A stretch of 64,000 nucleotides of DNA from Octopus sinensis (Eukaryota), in contig NC_043014.1 in the NCBI RefSeq assembly GCF_006345805.1, positions 33,418,001-33,482,000 on the forward strand, given 5' to 3'. Positions within the stretch are counted from its first letter, which is position 1. Each line of letters starts with the position of its first letter. This document shows positions 1 to 11,714 of the stretch, piece by piece. Made by a program: the position numbers and the translations under genes. A model generated the notes under the pieces. The model searched no databases, was not told the origin of the DNA, and saw nothing but the letters and a program-made list of their open reading frames with translations.

Positions 1-1710
1 CCTTTGACCGGGTCCCCCGATCCCTTATCTGGTGGTTAATGAGGTAACTAGGGATAGATGAATGGTTAGTGAGAGCTGTGCAAGCCATGTACAGGGACGC
101 TGTCAATAAGGTGAGGGTTGGTAATGAGTACAGTGAAGAATTCTGGGTAGAGGTAGGGGTCCACCAAGGTTTAGTCCTTAGCCCCCTCCTATTTATCATA
201 CTCCTCCAGGCAATAACAGATGAATTCAAGACAGGATGCCCCTGGGAGCTCCTCTATGCTGATGACCTTGCTCTAATTGCTGAGTCACTATCAGAACTAG
301 AGGAGAAGTTTCAGGTGTGGAAACAAGGATTATAATTGAAGGGCCTTAGAATCAACCTAGCTAAAACCAAAGTCCTAATAAGTAGGAAAGCAGACAAACC
401 ACAAATCCCTTCGGGTAGATGGTCCTGCTCGATCTGTAGAAAAGATGTAGGTAGAAACTCTATAAGATGTACCCAGTGTAATCTATGGACACATAAGAGG
501 TGCAGTAATATCAAAGGAAGGCTAACTGGGAAGATTGTTTTTGTATGTGGCAGATGCTCAGGAGCAATAAACACTAAAAAGGTGCAGAGAACAACTTCTG
601 ACACATTCCAGCTCTTGTTACCTAGGTGACCAAGTCAGTAGCAGGAGTGGGTGCACTGGAAGTGTAGCTACTAGAATAAGAATAGCCTGGGCAAAGTTCA
701 GAGAGCTCTTACCTCTACTGATGACAAAGGGTCTCTTGCTCAGAGTAAAAGGTAGACTGCACGACGCATGTATACAAACAGCCATGCTACACAGCAGTGA
801 AACATGGGCCATGACAGCTGAGGACATGCGTAAGCTTGCAAGGAATGAAGCCAGTATGCTCCACTGGATATGTAATGTCAGTGTGCTTACTCGACAGAGT
901 GTAAGTACCTTGAGAGAAAAGTTGAACCTAAGAAGCATCAGATGTTGTGTGCAAGAGAGACAACTGCGCTAGTATGGTCATGTAGCGAGAATGGATAAAG
1001 ATAGCTGTGTGAAAAGTGCCACACCCAAGCGGTTGAGGGAACCTGTGGAAGACCTGTGGTGAGGTGGTGAAGCGTGGCCTTCAAACATTGGGCCTTACTG
1101 AGGCAATGACTAGTGACTGAGACCTTTGGAAATATGCTGTGCTTGAGAAGACCTGGCCTATATCAGGGCTGTAACCAACCCACTTATGCATACCTTTCCT
1201 TCATTGGACACTAAATTCTGCTTGTGAAGACCTCTTGAGGCAAGTGAAATTGAAATCAAATTCAATGACTGGCACCATCTGACAATGATCGTTACCAGAG
1301 CAGTTGACTGGCTTCCATGACGGTGACACGTAAAAAAAACCCCACTTGAGGGTGATCATTACCTGCATCGCCTAACTAGCATCTGTGCCAGTGGCATGTG
1401 AAAAATATTTGAGCGAGGTCATTGCCAGTGCTGCTGGACTGGCTCCTGTGCAGGTGGCATGTAAAAAACACCATTTGAGCATGGCTGTTGCCAGTACTGC
1501 CTGACTGGCCCTTGTGCCGGTGGCACATAAAAGCACCCACTGCACTCTCGGAGTGGTTGACATTAGAAAGGGCATCCAGCTGTAGAAACACTACCAGATC
1601 AGATTGGAGTCTGGTGCAGCCATCTGTTTTGCCAGTCCTCAGTCAAATCGTCCAACCCTTGCCAGCATGGAAAGCGGACGTTAAACAATGATGATGATGA
1701 TGATGATGAT
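1..1710 (+). mobile_element. RTE-clade LINE, 3' portion: RT domain, PHD finger, 3'UTR with ~60-bp tandem units, (ATG)n tail; disrupted
   Basis: RT motifs GVHQG..LSPLLF, LLYADDL, KTKVL in ORF pieces 69-335, 336-629, 721-972 broken by stops and a frameshift; Cys4-His-Cys3 cluster at 426-557; ends cggacgttaaacaatgatgatg. Confidence 0.9.
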
Positions 1711-1829
1711 GAAGAAAATTCTAACAGGTAGTCATGATGATGGGCTTCATATATTTGTACCCCAGGGTTACTTTGATGGCATGGACGACTGTCTCACTCG
1801 ATAATATTAGTAATTATGATAATCTCTAT

Positions 1830-2700
1830 TACAAACACCAGGATTTGTGGATTCAAAGTGACAGAAAAGGCATACAAACACAAACCAGCATGATCTTACA
1901 GGTGGGGTCCCGTTAGAATTTTCCTCAGCCCATCCCACTTAAATGGTCCCTCTGAATAAGGTTTAAGGATGATGAATGAAACGCCCATGTTTCCAGAGGT
2001 GAATTATTTAAACCCCAAAGAATTCCTTTCAATACATGGCTATGATGCTCCCCCACTACCTCTGCTCATGCTCAGAGATGCACATATCATCAGCCACTAA
2101 GAGACCTACTGGTTACAGTTAAACAACTGACAAGCAAATCTGTGGTAAAGAACAGAATATTTGATGTAGCCCATCTTTTATTCCAAGACAAAACATGTAC
2201 ATGATATCACTTCCAATCAGCTAAGGTCAGAAGCCATGAGAGTAACTACCTGCTAGTGTGTGCTAATTTAGGTAGCAGGTATTTTATCTTAAGGTTTAAT
2301 AACAAAAACTCTCCTCAGATCTCAAGATTTTTCTGAGGATTCTTGCAGAATATAGGATGATACTTTACTGCAGGTCAACAGTGTGAGTTTCAGTTCCACC
2401 TTCCTTCAATCTTTTAAATAGCATTTTGTGTGTTATGGCAAGTGCACCAAATACTACAGAACTATTTGTTGTCTTGGTCTTCCACAGTCTCCTCAGCTCT
2501 CAGGCTAAATCCTAGTATTTCTCAGCTTTTCCATTTCTTTCATATTGACTCTGGTATCATAGGGAACTTCAAAATCTATGATCTTGATCTGTATGTTTAT
2601 TTTGTCCTTTATAATTATGTCTGGTCTTCTTGCTTCAATAGTAAGGTCAGTCTTTATGATGAAATCCAACAAGATCTTGTAATCCTCATTTTCTATCACA
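1830..2700 (-). mobile_element. RLE-type (R2/R4/NeSL-like) non-LTR retrotransposon C-terminus plus probable 3'UTR
   Basis: ENEDYKILLDF..TD..IEARRPDIIIKDK...IIDFEVPYD (PD-(D/E) restriction-like endonuclease); ARILRKILEI* near 2325; followed by a ~450-bp unit that recurs at 41439-41970 and 55750-56020. Confidence 0.75.
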
Positions 2701-3811
2701 GCCTAGTAGCAGTGTTAGAAATTAGTGACTTCAAAGACAAAGCTATATACAGAAAGAAGCTATGCAATAAAACTACTACTAATCCCAATGATGACCTTGA
2801 TGCATTCATGGAAGTGACTACGTGACAGTAGCAGTGGCCTTGCCTATGATACCTGCCATGCTCATGTCACTGCAGCCAACAAATCTATGACACTGCTGGA
2901 CCTCCTGTTGGTTCCTTCAATGACACTGCAGAACTTGTAGTCAAGGGTTATATGATTGCACTATTCTATTAGGAACTTAGCCTCTCCACATTATGTAGGA
3001 CTTGTATCCCATGTACACATGCACTACACATCTGATAGTGGACTAATATCTTTAAACTGCTTGACTATAGTTCTCATTGACCCACTGAAGTTGCTGATGA
3101 TGTCCTGGATCTGCTTTGGCGAATTCAGCTGACCTGACAATGTCTGATCATTGTGAAGGTTTCTTTCTCATCTCCATCCAAAGCCCCAACTCTTTTCTCA
3201 ATCCTAGCCATGAAGGTTCCCACTATGTTGAAGAAACTAGTTGTTGGTGCTTGAACCATGACATGCTTTTAAATTACTTATGTCTGATTGGAGTCTGTTA
3301 GGTTGATACTGTCGGTACATTTGAAGGAGAAATTAAAAAGTTGAGGTTCAGCACATGCGCATAACATTACATTAGGCTGGCTTTCATCTATGGTCCACTG
3401 AAGTTATGTTTAGAAATATCAGGTGCACCTTATAATTTACCTCAAATTTTTAACATGTCTAATGGTTTATTGTATAATGTCCAAGACCTTCAGTCTTTAT
3501 ATAACTGTTTAGTCCACCTTTTACATGCTCGTAAACCTTATGTCAATGTTTTTCTGTTGCATGTATAAATGGGTCTTACAAGTAAATAAACTATTATTGC
3601 TGGCAGAATAGTTAGAACACTGGACAAAATGACTATCAGTATTTCTTCCAACTCATTACATTCTGTTACAAATTCTACTGAGATCGACTCTGCCTTTCAT
3701 ATTTTCAGAGTTAATGAAATAGGCACCAGTCAATCACTGGGGTTGATATAATCAACTTGCCCACACCCCAACCCCCACCAAATTTCAGGCCTTGTGCCTG
3801 TAGTAGAAATG

Positions 3812-3851
<40 letters not shown>

Positions 3852-5547
3852 ACAACAACAACAACAACTCCAACCTAAATTTCCAACTTTGTTCCTATGT
3901 AAGAAATCCTTATATACCATTATCCTTATTGTTATATTTGTCTTTTGGTGAGAGTGGAAATGTTTGCTCCACACACTCGGTATTTCTGGATTCACCATCA
4001 AACACTTAAAGGAAAAAGTATCTTATAAAATATCTTTGCTGATAAAATGACTTTGGAACAGTTCAGTGTTTATTTATTTCTCCTGGGTGGAAAAATACAG
4101 TTTACCTTTGGATATATTTTTATATTTTGCAAAGTGTTCACTATAAATTTAGGAGGATTTTTCATGCAGAAGAGAGATGAGATACTCACTATAGAGTAGT
4201 GGCAATACTGATGTCAGCATATGTTTCTCAAATGAGAAAAAGAAACCTGTTCCATCGAAGAATGTTTACAATATCTAAACAATACTGAGGTTTCCATCAT
4301 TTTAGAAAGACTACATATAAGTACACTTCTAGATACCCAGTATGCCTGCTTAAGAAAAAATTGAAGGAAACCTTGTCTGATATGTTGGACAATATAGTTA
4401 CCATCGACCATGGAAAAATATATGTGAGTGTCTGCCTGGTTTTCAAGACTGAAGGTGAAGTGACAGCTGGTATGTCAAGCATCTGCTCATAGATTCAGAT
4501 CTCTATAGGGGTCAGGAAAATACAAAGGTGACAGTTAAGGGTATTATCAGTGATATTGATTTCTTGTTCACTGTCATCTTTGTAGCACAATATTGGTTGT
4601 GGTGGATACAGAAGTGATAAACAATTGTATGTGATTGGGAGAACTCAGTATGGACATAGAAAAATCACAAGGATTTATTCGGAATGATGCCCTGTGGTTT
4701 TTTTGTATGCAAAAAACAACAAAAAAGTAATGGATATGATGATGATGATCATTATCATCATTTAACGTCCGTTTTCCATGCTAGCATGGGTTGGACAGTT
4801 TGGCCAGGGTCTGGGAAGCCAGGAGGCTGCGCCAGGCTCCAGTCTGATCTGGCAGTGTTTCTACAGCTGGATGCCCTTCCTAACGTTAACCACTCCGTGT
4901 GTGTAGTGGGTGCTTTTTACATGCCAGACCTGGCTGAAATTTTATTTTTGCTACATCATGTGAGTGGATGGTGAGAAGTATGGTGGATGATAGATGGCAT
5001 CTGAAGACAGTGAAGAAGTGATTAAGTCCAATTTTAAAATGCTGGATCTTTGAAGATGAAATGATGAAAGCAAGTCAAATACCAATATGTTCTTATTTAT
5101 TTACTTGTTTCAGTCAATAGACTGTAGCCATGCTGGGGCACTGCCTTGACAGAAAATAAAAAATAAAAAATGCCTTGTACAGAAAAAAAACCCAAAATAA
5201 CTATCCAGCATGGAACATAAAAAGTTTGATGCAGAAATGTTAACAATGATGATGATGACGACGACAACGACGGCGATTATGATTATGATGATGATGAGGA
5301 CGACAACGACGGCGATTATGATGATGATGATGATGATGATATAGTAGTGGTTTAGGTCCCTTTGATCCTCAATGATTAAGCAGATATGTTAAAAAAATGG
5401 TATTGTTGATAGGGTAAAGACTGTTGTTAGATGCTTGCACATACATTTATAAATACACACACACACACACATGCGCAGATACACATAAAAATTATATATT
5501 ATAAAGTAAGCATTTTTGCCACACAAAACATATAAAGTAAAATACTT

Positions 5548-5591
<44 letters not shown>

Positions 5592-5600
5592 TACTATATT

Positions 5601-5832
5601 TATTTCCCTATTGCCCACAAGGGGCTAAACATAGAGGGGACAAACAAGGACAGACAAAGGGATTAAGTCATTACATCGACCCCAGTGCGTAACTGGTACT
5701 TAATTTTTCAACCCCGAAAGGATGAAAGGTAAAGTCGACCTCGGCGGAATTTGAACTCAGAACGTAACGGTAGATGAAATACCACTAAGCAGTTTGCCCG
5801 GCGTGCTAACAATTCTGCCAGTTCGCCGCCTT
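5601..5832 (-). mobile_element. SINE family B, full length, with ~20-bp TSD
   Basis: cacacacacattactatatt at 5581-5600 and 5833-5852. Confidence 0.88.
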
Positions 5833-5981
5833 CACACACACATTACTATATTGTTCATTGACAAGAAGAATAAATTACACAAATAAAAAAACATGCACAC
5901 ACATACTTGTTAATTACTGTATTTGAATGTAAAAACTCTTGTTGCACATTCACATGTACACCACACACACACACACACACT

Positions 5982-6640
5982 CTGCTACACTGAAAAGATA
6001 ACATGTCTTTGTTATACATAGATACATACACACACACACATGCACAAAGACACATACATACATACACACTAACACACATACACACACACTAACATACACA
6101 CACACACACACACAAACACACACACTGCTACACTGTAAAGATAAAATGTCTTTGTTATACATAGATACATACACACACACACATGCACAAAGACACATAC
6201 ATACATACACACTAACACACATACACACACACACTAACATACACACACACACACACACACAAACACACACACTGCTACACTGTAAAGATAAAATGTCTTT
6301 GTTATACATAGATGCATACACACACACACATGCACAAAGACACATACATACATACACACTACACACATACACACACACTAACATCACACACCACACACAC
6401 ACACACACCACTGCTACACTGTAAAGATAAAATGTCTTTGTTATACATAGATGCATACACACACACACACATGCACAAAGACACATACATACATACACAC
6501 TAACACACATACACACACACTAACATACACACACACACACACACACAAACACACACACTGCTACACTGTAAAGATAAAATGTCTTTGTTATACATAGATG
6601 CATACACACACACACATGCACAAAGACACATACATACATA
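5982..6640. repeat. Compound minisatellite, ~144-bp unit, about 5 copies
   Basis: ctgctacactgtaaagataaaatgtctttgttatacatagat at 5982, 6125, 6272, 6411 and 6558, separated by CA-rich spacers. Confidence 0.9.
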
Positions 6641-6716
6641 CACACATACACATATGGACATACACGCTCTACTATATTGTAACACATATTGTAGTGACAC
6701 ATACACACACTAACAT

Positions 6717-6755
<39 letters not shown>

Positions 6756-7429
6756 ACTATATTAAAAAGCAAAGTACAAATTCTTGTTTTGCATTAACAC
6801 ATTCACACACACACATACCTATAACAACGGAGGCAAGTTATAAAAGTCTTATAAAACACACAAATAGTCATTCACAGTACAGACTAAGTTGAAAAGCCCA
6901 AAACTGCTGAATAACAAGCAATATTTTATGATAAAGTTTTAAAAATGTCTCGTCACATATAAAGCTCAAACACATTACACTGTAGTCTAAGGACCATCAT
7001 CCACTCTGTCACTGCTACACGTGAGGCTGAAACTTGTTAGAACCAGTTGGTTGCTGGTTCTGACAAGTTATTTGTTTAGCTGATTGGGTGGGATGGGTTA
7101 GTTATCTGTATGTCCTTGTATGGATTTGTCAGTGTGCATTCATGTATGTAGAAAATACAAGGATCTATGCACACACACACACACACATACATATGCATAT
7201 ATATTTAAATATATATATGTATAAGCACATATACAGTACTGTCTATAAGTCTTCGGTCACTTTAAACTATTGTAAATTTCTGCTAGTTGCCAACTTATAA
7301 GTGGATGTTTCACATTGCGTTTTTTACAGATGAAATATTGGCCCTGTTGGAGTCATTTCCATACCTAACCATTATATTTTGCAGTAGGGGTTCTGAATGA
7401 GAGGGGAAGATGTGAGACAACCACCAAAA

Positions 7430-7740
7430 ATGGCCAAGCAAAAGTTTTCAGCCACCTCACATGAACCAATCAAGATACAGTGTTTTAAAGCAGAAAAATC
7501 TCTATAATGAAAATTTATTACATAATATTCATTTCAAGAAGTTACTCTACATTGTTAACATTTTCTGTGGCTTTCCATAGCTTGAATAACTGCTTCAATG
7601 AACCTGGGAAGAGAAGCATACAGATCCTTCACAATCTTCACAGGTTTGAGATGCCATTCTCTGTAGCTGGGCTCGCACAACACTTTAAGGATTCCTCTGT
7701 CAAATTCTTCTCTTTAGTTTTATCCACATTTGCTTGACGA
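7430..7740 (-). mobile_element. Tc1-like transposase C-terminal relic
   Basis: EWHLKPVKIVKDLYASLPRFIEAVIQAMESH resembles the Tc1 EW..IP.....LV.SMPRR..AVI.A.G motif. Confidence 0.5.
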
Positions 7741-7799
7741 TATTTAAGTGAGGGCTCTGAGCTGGCCAATGACTTTTGCACAGCATATATGCATATACA

Positions 7800-7992
7800 T
7801 ATATCTAAATATATATGCATAGATCATTAGCCACTACACACATTTTTTTTCTCTCCTTGTTTTTTTCTGTGTCCCTTTCTGTAGAAGAGCGTAGGCTCGA
7901 AACGTAAAAGACGTTTTCTATTCCTGAGCGTTATACTAATACATCCGTTTGTTTTGTACACCTACTGTCTTCGTCTTTTGTTTTTTTCGTAA
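7800..7992 (+). mobile_element. ~190-bp TA-microsatellite-associated repeat (Penelope pLTR/retrozyme-like) with hammerhead-like motif, copy 1
   Basis: Homologous to 24885-25090 and 34500-34650; contains ctgtagaa-gagc-gtag-gctc-gaaa-cgta-aaagac; TA-rich repeats on both sides. Confidence 0.6.
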
Positions 7993-8752
7993 ACTCTCCC
8001 TCTATATGTATATATATATATATATATATACACCCATAGATCCATGTATTTTTTGCCAAATAAACACTTATACCATATATTTGTTCATCACTCGTTTATT
8101 ACTGTTCTTATTCTACCTCGTCTATTGCCCAGAAATATTTCATGACACATCTGTGACCTCCTCAGCAACACTTTCTGTCTTCATGTGTGCTCTTGCTTTG
8201 CTTATTCCATTCTGTTCTTCTTTGATGTGTATCCTTATATGCACATGCACCTGCATTTGTGTCTGTGTACATGTTGGTGTGTGTATGTGTGTCATTGTTC
8301 TTTGTAACACTATGATCCTCTCCTCAGCCTCATCCCCTATCCTGTTGCCGCTGTTGCTGCCCTTGAACCCGACATTTTGTACTGTACTTGTAACTCACTG
8401 TGTTTGCATGTTCGCCCACGCTACTGCCATTGTGGTAGTTGTTGTTGTTGCCCTTGTTGTTACCACTGTTGCTGTTGTCATTGTTAGTCATGTTGTTGAT
8501 ACTGTGGCAGCCGTCTATGAAGTTATTGTATGTGTGTTTGTGTGCGTATATGGATTTGCTTCTTATACTGTTTGTATCCATGCCCTTTATACAGTTTTTA
8601 TTTATTTCTAATTTCTTTTATATTTATGATAGGTATGTGCATATATGTATATTGTATGTGTATTATACTGTTTTCTCCCTTCAGTCTTTAGTTGTCATGT
8701 GTAGTGTGATGGTGGGTGTTGTTGTTCCATTTGTGTTTTCTGTTGAGGCTCA

Positions 8753-8945
8753 GTCTGTTTATTGCTATGTGTGTAGCCTCTGTGATCTGTCTAAGTGTCG
8801 CGTCAGTTCTATGCATTGATAATACTTTGACTTCTATGCTACTGAATGAGCCTCAATAGCATAGAGGTCAAAGTATTATCAACACATAGAACTGACACGA
8901 CACTTAGACAGATCACAGAGGCTACACACATAGTAATAGACAAAC
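8753..8945. repeat. Near-perfect inverted repeat, 93-bp arms, 7-nt loop
   Basis: 8753-8845 is complementary to 8853-8945 with about 8 transition mismatches. Confidence 0.95.
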
Positions 8946-9780
8946 CTCTTCCCCTCTGTCTTCTACAAACCTGTTGACTTCTACTCTTACCCTGACTTCT
9001 CCCACCAACCTAAATCAAGTACTCCATCCCCCAACAGCAGTGCCTTTGCTATAGTAACCATGATTTTGAGGTACAAGATTAACATGACTCATCTTTCCAA
9101 ATGACATGGTTACCCACCCATCCTTATCCAATCTGCCCTCCTTCATGCCTGTGCTGTTGATTGTACCTCTGCCATCACACACTGCATCAAGATTCCCACC
9201 CACAGCATCCCTTTTCCTCTCACTTCCATGTTGCTACAACACACCATCCTCTACTTACTATCTGACCATTCCATCTCCCACTTCCTCCTTCTTCCACTCA
9301 TTCCTTTCTTTAAACCTTTTCCCTTTCTTCCACTCTTTCCTTTTTTAAGCCTACAACCTTCACAGTCTCCCCATCATAGCTTTCTTTCCCTCACCTCCTC
9401 CTCCCAGATCCCTTCCCTCGTGCCACACCCTTTCCTCTCAGACACCATTACCCTTTCAAGACTCAACCACCACACCTTCCACATTAGGGACTACTTTTGA
9501 TGCATCTCTAGTAACCTGATAAATGTGCTCCAATGTCCCCTCTGTAGTTTTATGCATATCAGGCAAACCAGCTGCTGACTGGTTTAGATTTGCAGAGAAC
9601 TTCAGAGACATCCATTATGACAACAAATCACTTCTGCTCTGCCGACCATTCCTCCCAACATATCTTGGTCTTTGGTGTGGCTACCACCTCTGGATCCCCA
9701 ACTACTCACTTCCAGAGGGAACAGAAGCTCATTTTATGCTCTTCAGTATAAATTCTCCTCCTCAATTCATCTAACCTTTT
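8945..9780 (+). mobile_element. Decayed Penelope-like element (RT thumb plus GIY-YIG endonuclease)
   Basis: FYKPVDFYSYPDFSHQP resembles YYKPTDSHSYL..SS.HP; CISSNLINVLQCPLCSFMHIRQT resembles CTSSNVIYCITC..C...YIGET. Confidence 0.55.
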
Positions 9781-10900
9781 TCTCCCCTCCCTCTCCATCA
9801 CTATAACCCCTTTCCTTTGTCTCTCTCCTCCTCTCACACATTCCCACTCTTCCTACAATCCACTTTACTCCCCACAAGCTTTCAACAGTTTCCACCTACA
9901 CATACCCCTCACTGCCATCTTTCCCCACACCTCTTATTTCTGACACACTCATACCATCATAATGACACAGGCATACCCTCACATATCCATTTTCTGCACA
10001 CATATACCTCCACATACACATGTACATATTAGATATCACCATTCATTAACCATCTTATCTCCCTGACACACACATACATGAACTCATCAGCACATCTTTT
10101 TGTTTTTTTTCTTCCATCCATACACATATACTCACACTTGCACACATACTTCTCACTCACTCACACACTCTCCTGCCTTGCTTGGCCACTCTGTTTCACA
10201 CCTTCTCAGCCATCAACCCTTTAAGTCATTACTACGCTTGTACACAAAAGCATGTGTTTACACCCACACTTGTTTCATTGTCCTGTTCTCTCATTGTCTT
10301 ACCTTCCACTCTTTCCACTTTTTTATCTAAGAGATTTCCTTTCCCTTCATCATGTAGTTGTACCATCTCTTTCAAGCCATGCATTTAGACCAAACTCTAT
10401 TCAGTTCCCTTTTTTTTTTTTCCTATGACTTACAAACCACATGGTTCCGGGTTCAGTCCCACTGCATGGCACCTTGGGTAAATGTCTTCTACTGTAGCCT
10501 CAGGCCGACCAAAGCCTTGTGAGTAGATTTGGTAGATGGAAACTGAAAGAAGCCTGTTGTATATATGTATATATATATATATACGTATATATATATATAT
10601 GTGTGTGTGTATGTGTGTGTGTGTATATGTTTGTGTGTCTGTGTTTGTCCCCCCAACATCGCTTGACAACCGATGCTGGTGTGTTTACGTCCCTGTAACT
10701 TAGTGGTTCGGCAAAAGAGACCAATAGAATGAGTACTTGGCTCACAAAGAATAAGTCCTGGGGTCGACTTGTTCGACTAAAGGTGGTGCTCCAGCATGGC
10801 CACAGTCAAATGACTGAAACAAATAAAAGAATAAAAGAAAGAAAAGAATTACCACTTTCACTATCGTTGTTTGGCTTAGATTCTCACATACACACACATA

Positions 10901-11156
10901 CAAGGTGCTTTCAAAATGTATCCGACTTTAATTTTTCACGCCAGTAACTAATGTCAGTTCCCAGCTGTTATGCTTAGAGTACAAACATAGTGTTTGCTTG
11001 TCAGATTTTCATCTTCATCAATTGCATTGAGTAAAGATATTGCATTAAGTTTTTGCTAAAAGTTTGATGATACTCAAGCTCAAATCATTCAGAAGGTTCA
11101 GCAGGCCTTTAGTGATGATGTCATGGGCAAAAATCAGATCAGGGAAGGGTTTTAGC
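10901..11156 (+). mobile_element. mariner transposon 5' end (TIR plus transposase N-terminus)
   Basis: TA then caaggtgctttcaaaatgtatccgact TIR-like end; RYCIKF...DTQAQIIQKVQQAFSDDVMGKNQIREGF. Confidence 0.6.
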
Positions 11157-11714
11157 TGAAAGAATTGACTCCAGTACATGATTTTTTTTAAAGCTTGGTA
11201 CTTATTCCATTGATCGCTTTTGCCAAACCACTAAGTTGTGGGGACATAAACAAACCAACACCTATTGTCAAATAGTGGTGGAGACATATAAACATACACA
11301 TACTCTTACTTGTTTCAGTCATTTGACTGGGGCCATGCTGGAGCACCACCTTTAGTCAAGCAAATCGACCCCAAGACTTATTCTTTGTAAGCCTAGTACT
11401 TATTCTATCTGTCTCTTTTGCCAAACCGCTAAGTTATGGGGATGTAAACACACCAGCATCGGTTGTCAAGCGATATTGGGGGGAGAAACGCAGACACACA
11501 AACACATATATATATATATATATATATACACGACGGGCTTCTTTCAGTTTCCGTCTACCAAATCTACTCACAAGGCTCTAGTCGGCTCGAGGCTATAGGA
11601 AAGGTGCCACGCAAAGTGGGACTGAACCCGGAACCATGTGGTTCGTAAGCAAGCTACTTACCACACAGCCACTCCTACACATACATATATATATACATAT
11701 ATGTATGTGTATAT

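Noticed and set aside
4300-4490. Possible Gypsy-like RT N-terminal relic (KKLKETLSDMLDN...)
   Set aside because: Similarity is too weak to support by eye; no YXDD motif or LTR found.
5982-6640. CRISPR-like repeat-spacer pattern
   Set aside because: The spacers are near-identical CA microsatellite rather than unique sequence; the context is eukaryotic and intron-rich; no cas genes.
5855-6750. Cys/Val- and His/Thr-rich ORFs, and similar ORFs elsewhere
   Set aside because: Translations of (CA)n, (TA)n, (AAT)n and (ATC)n repeats.
7330-7411. Plus-strand exon-like segment (ttacag ... gtgaga)
   Set aside because: Stop codons in all three frames; adjacent to a Tc1 relic.
7949-8611. Longest ORF in the track (220 aa)
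   Set aside because: Low-complexity TG/TTG-rich translation with no recognisable domain or splice context.
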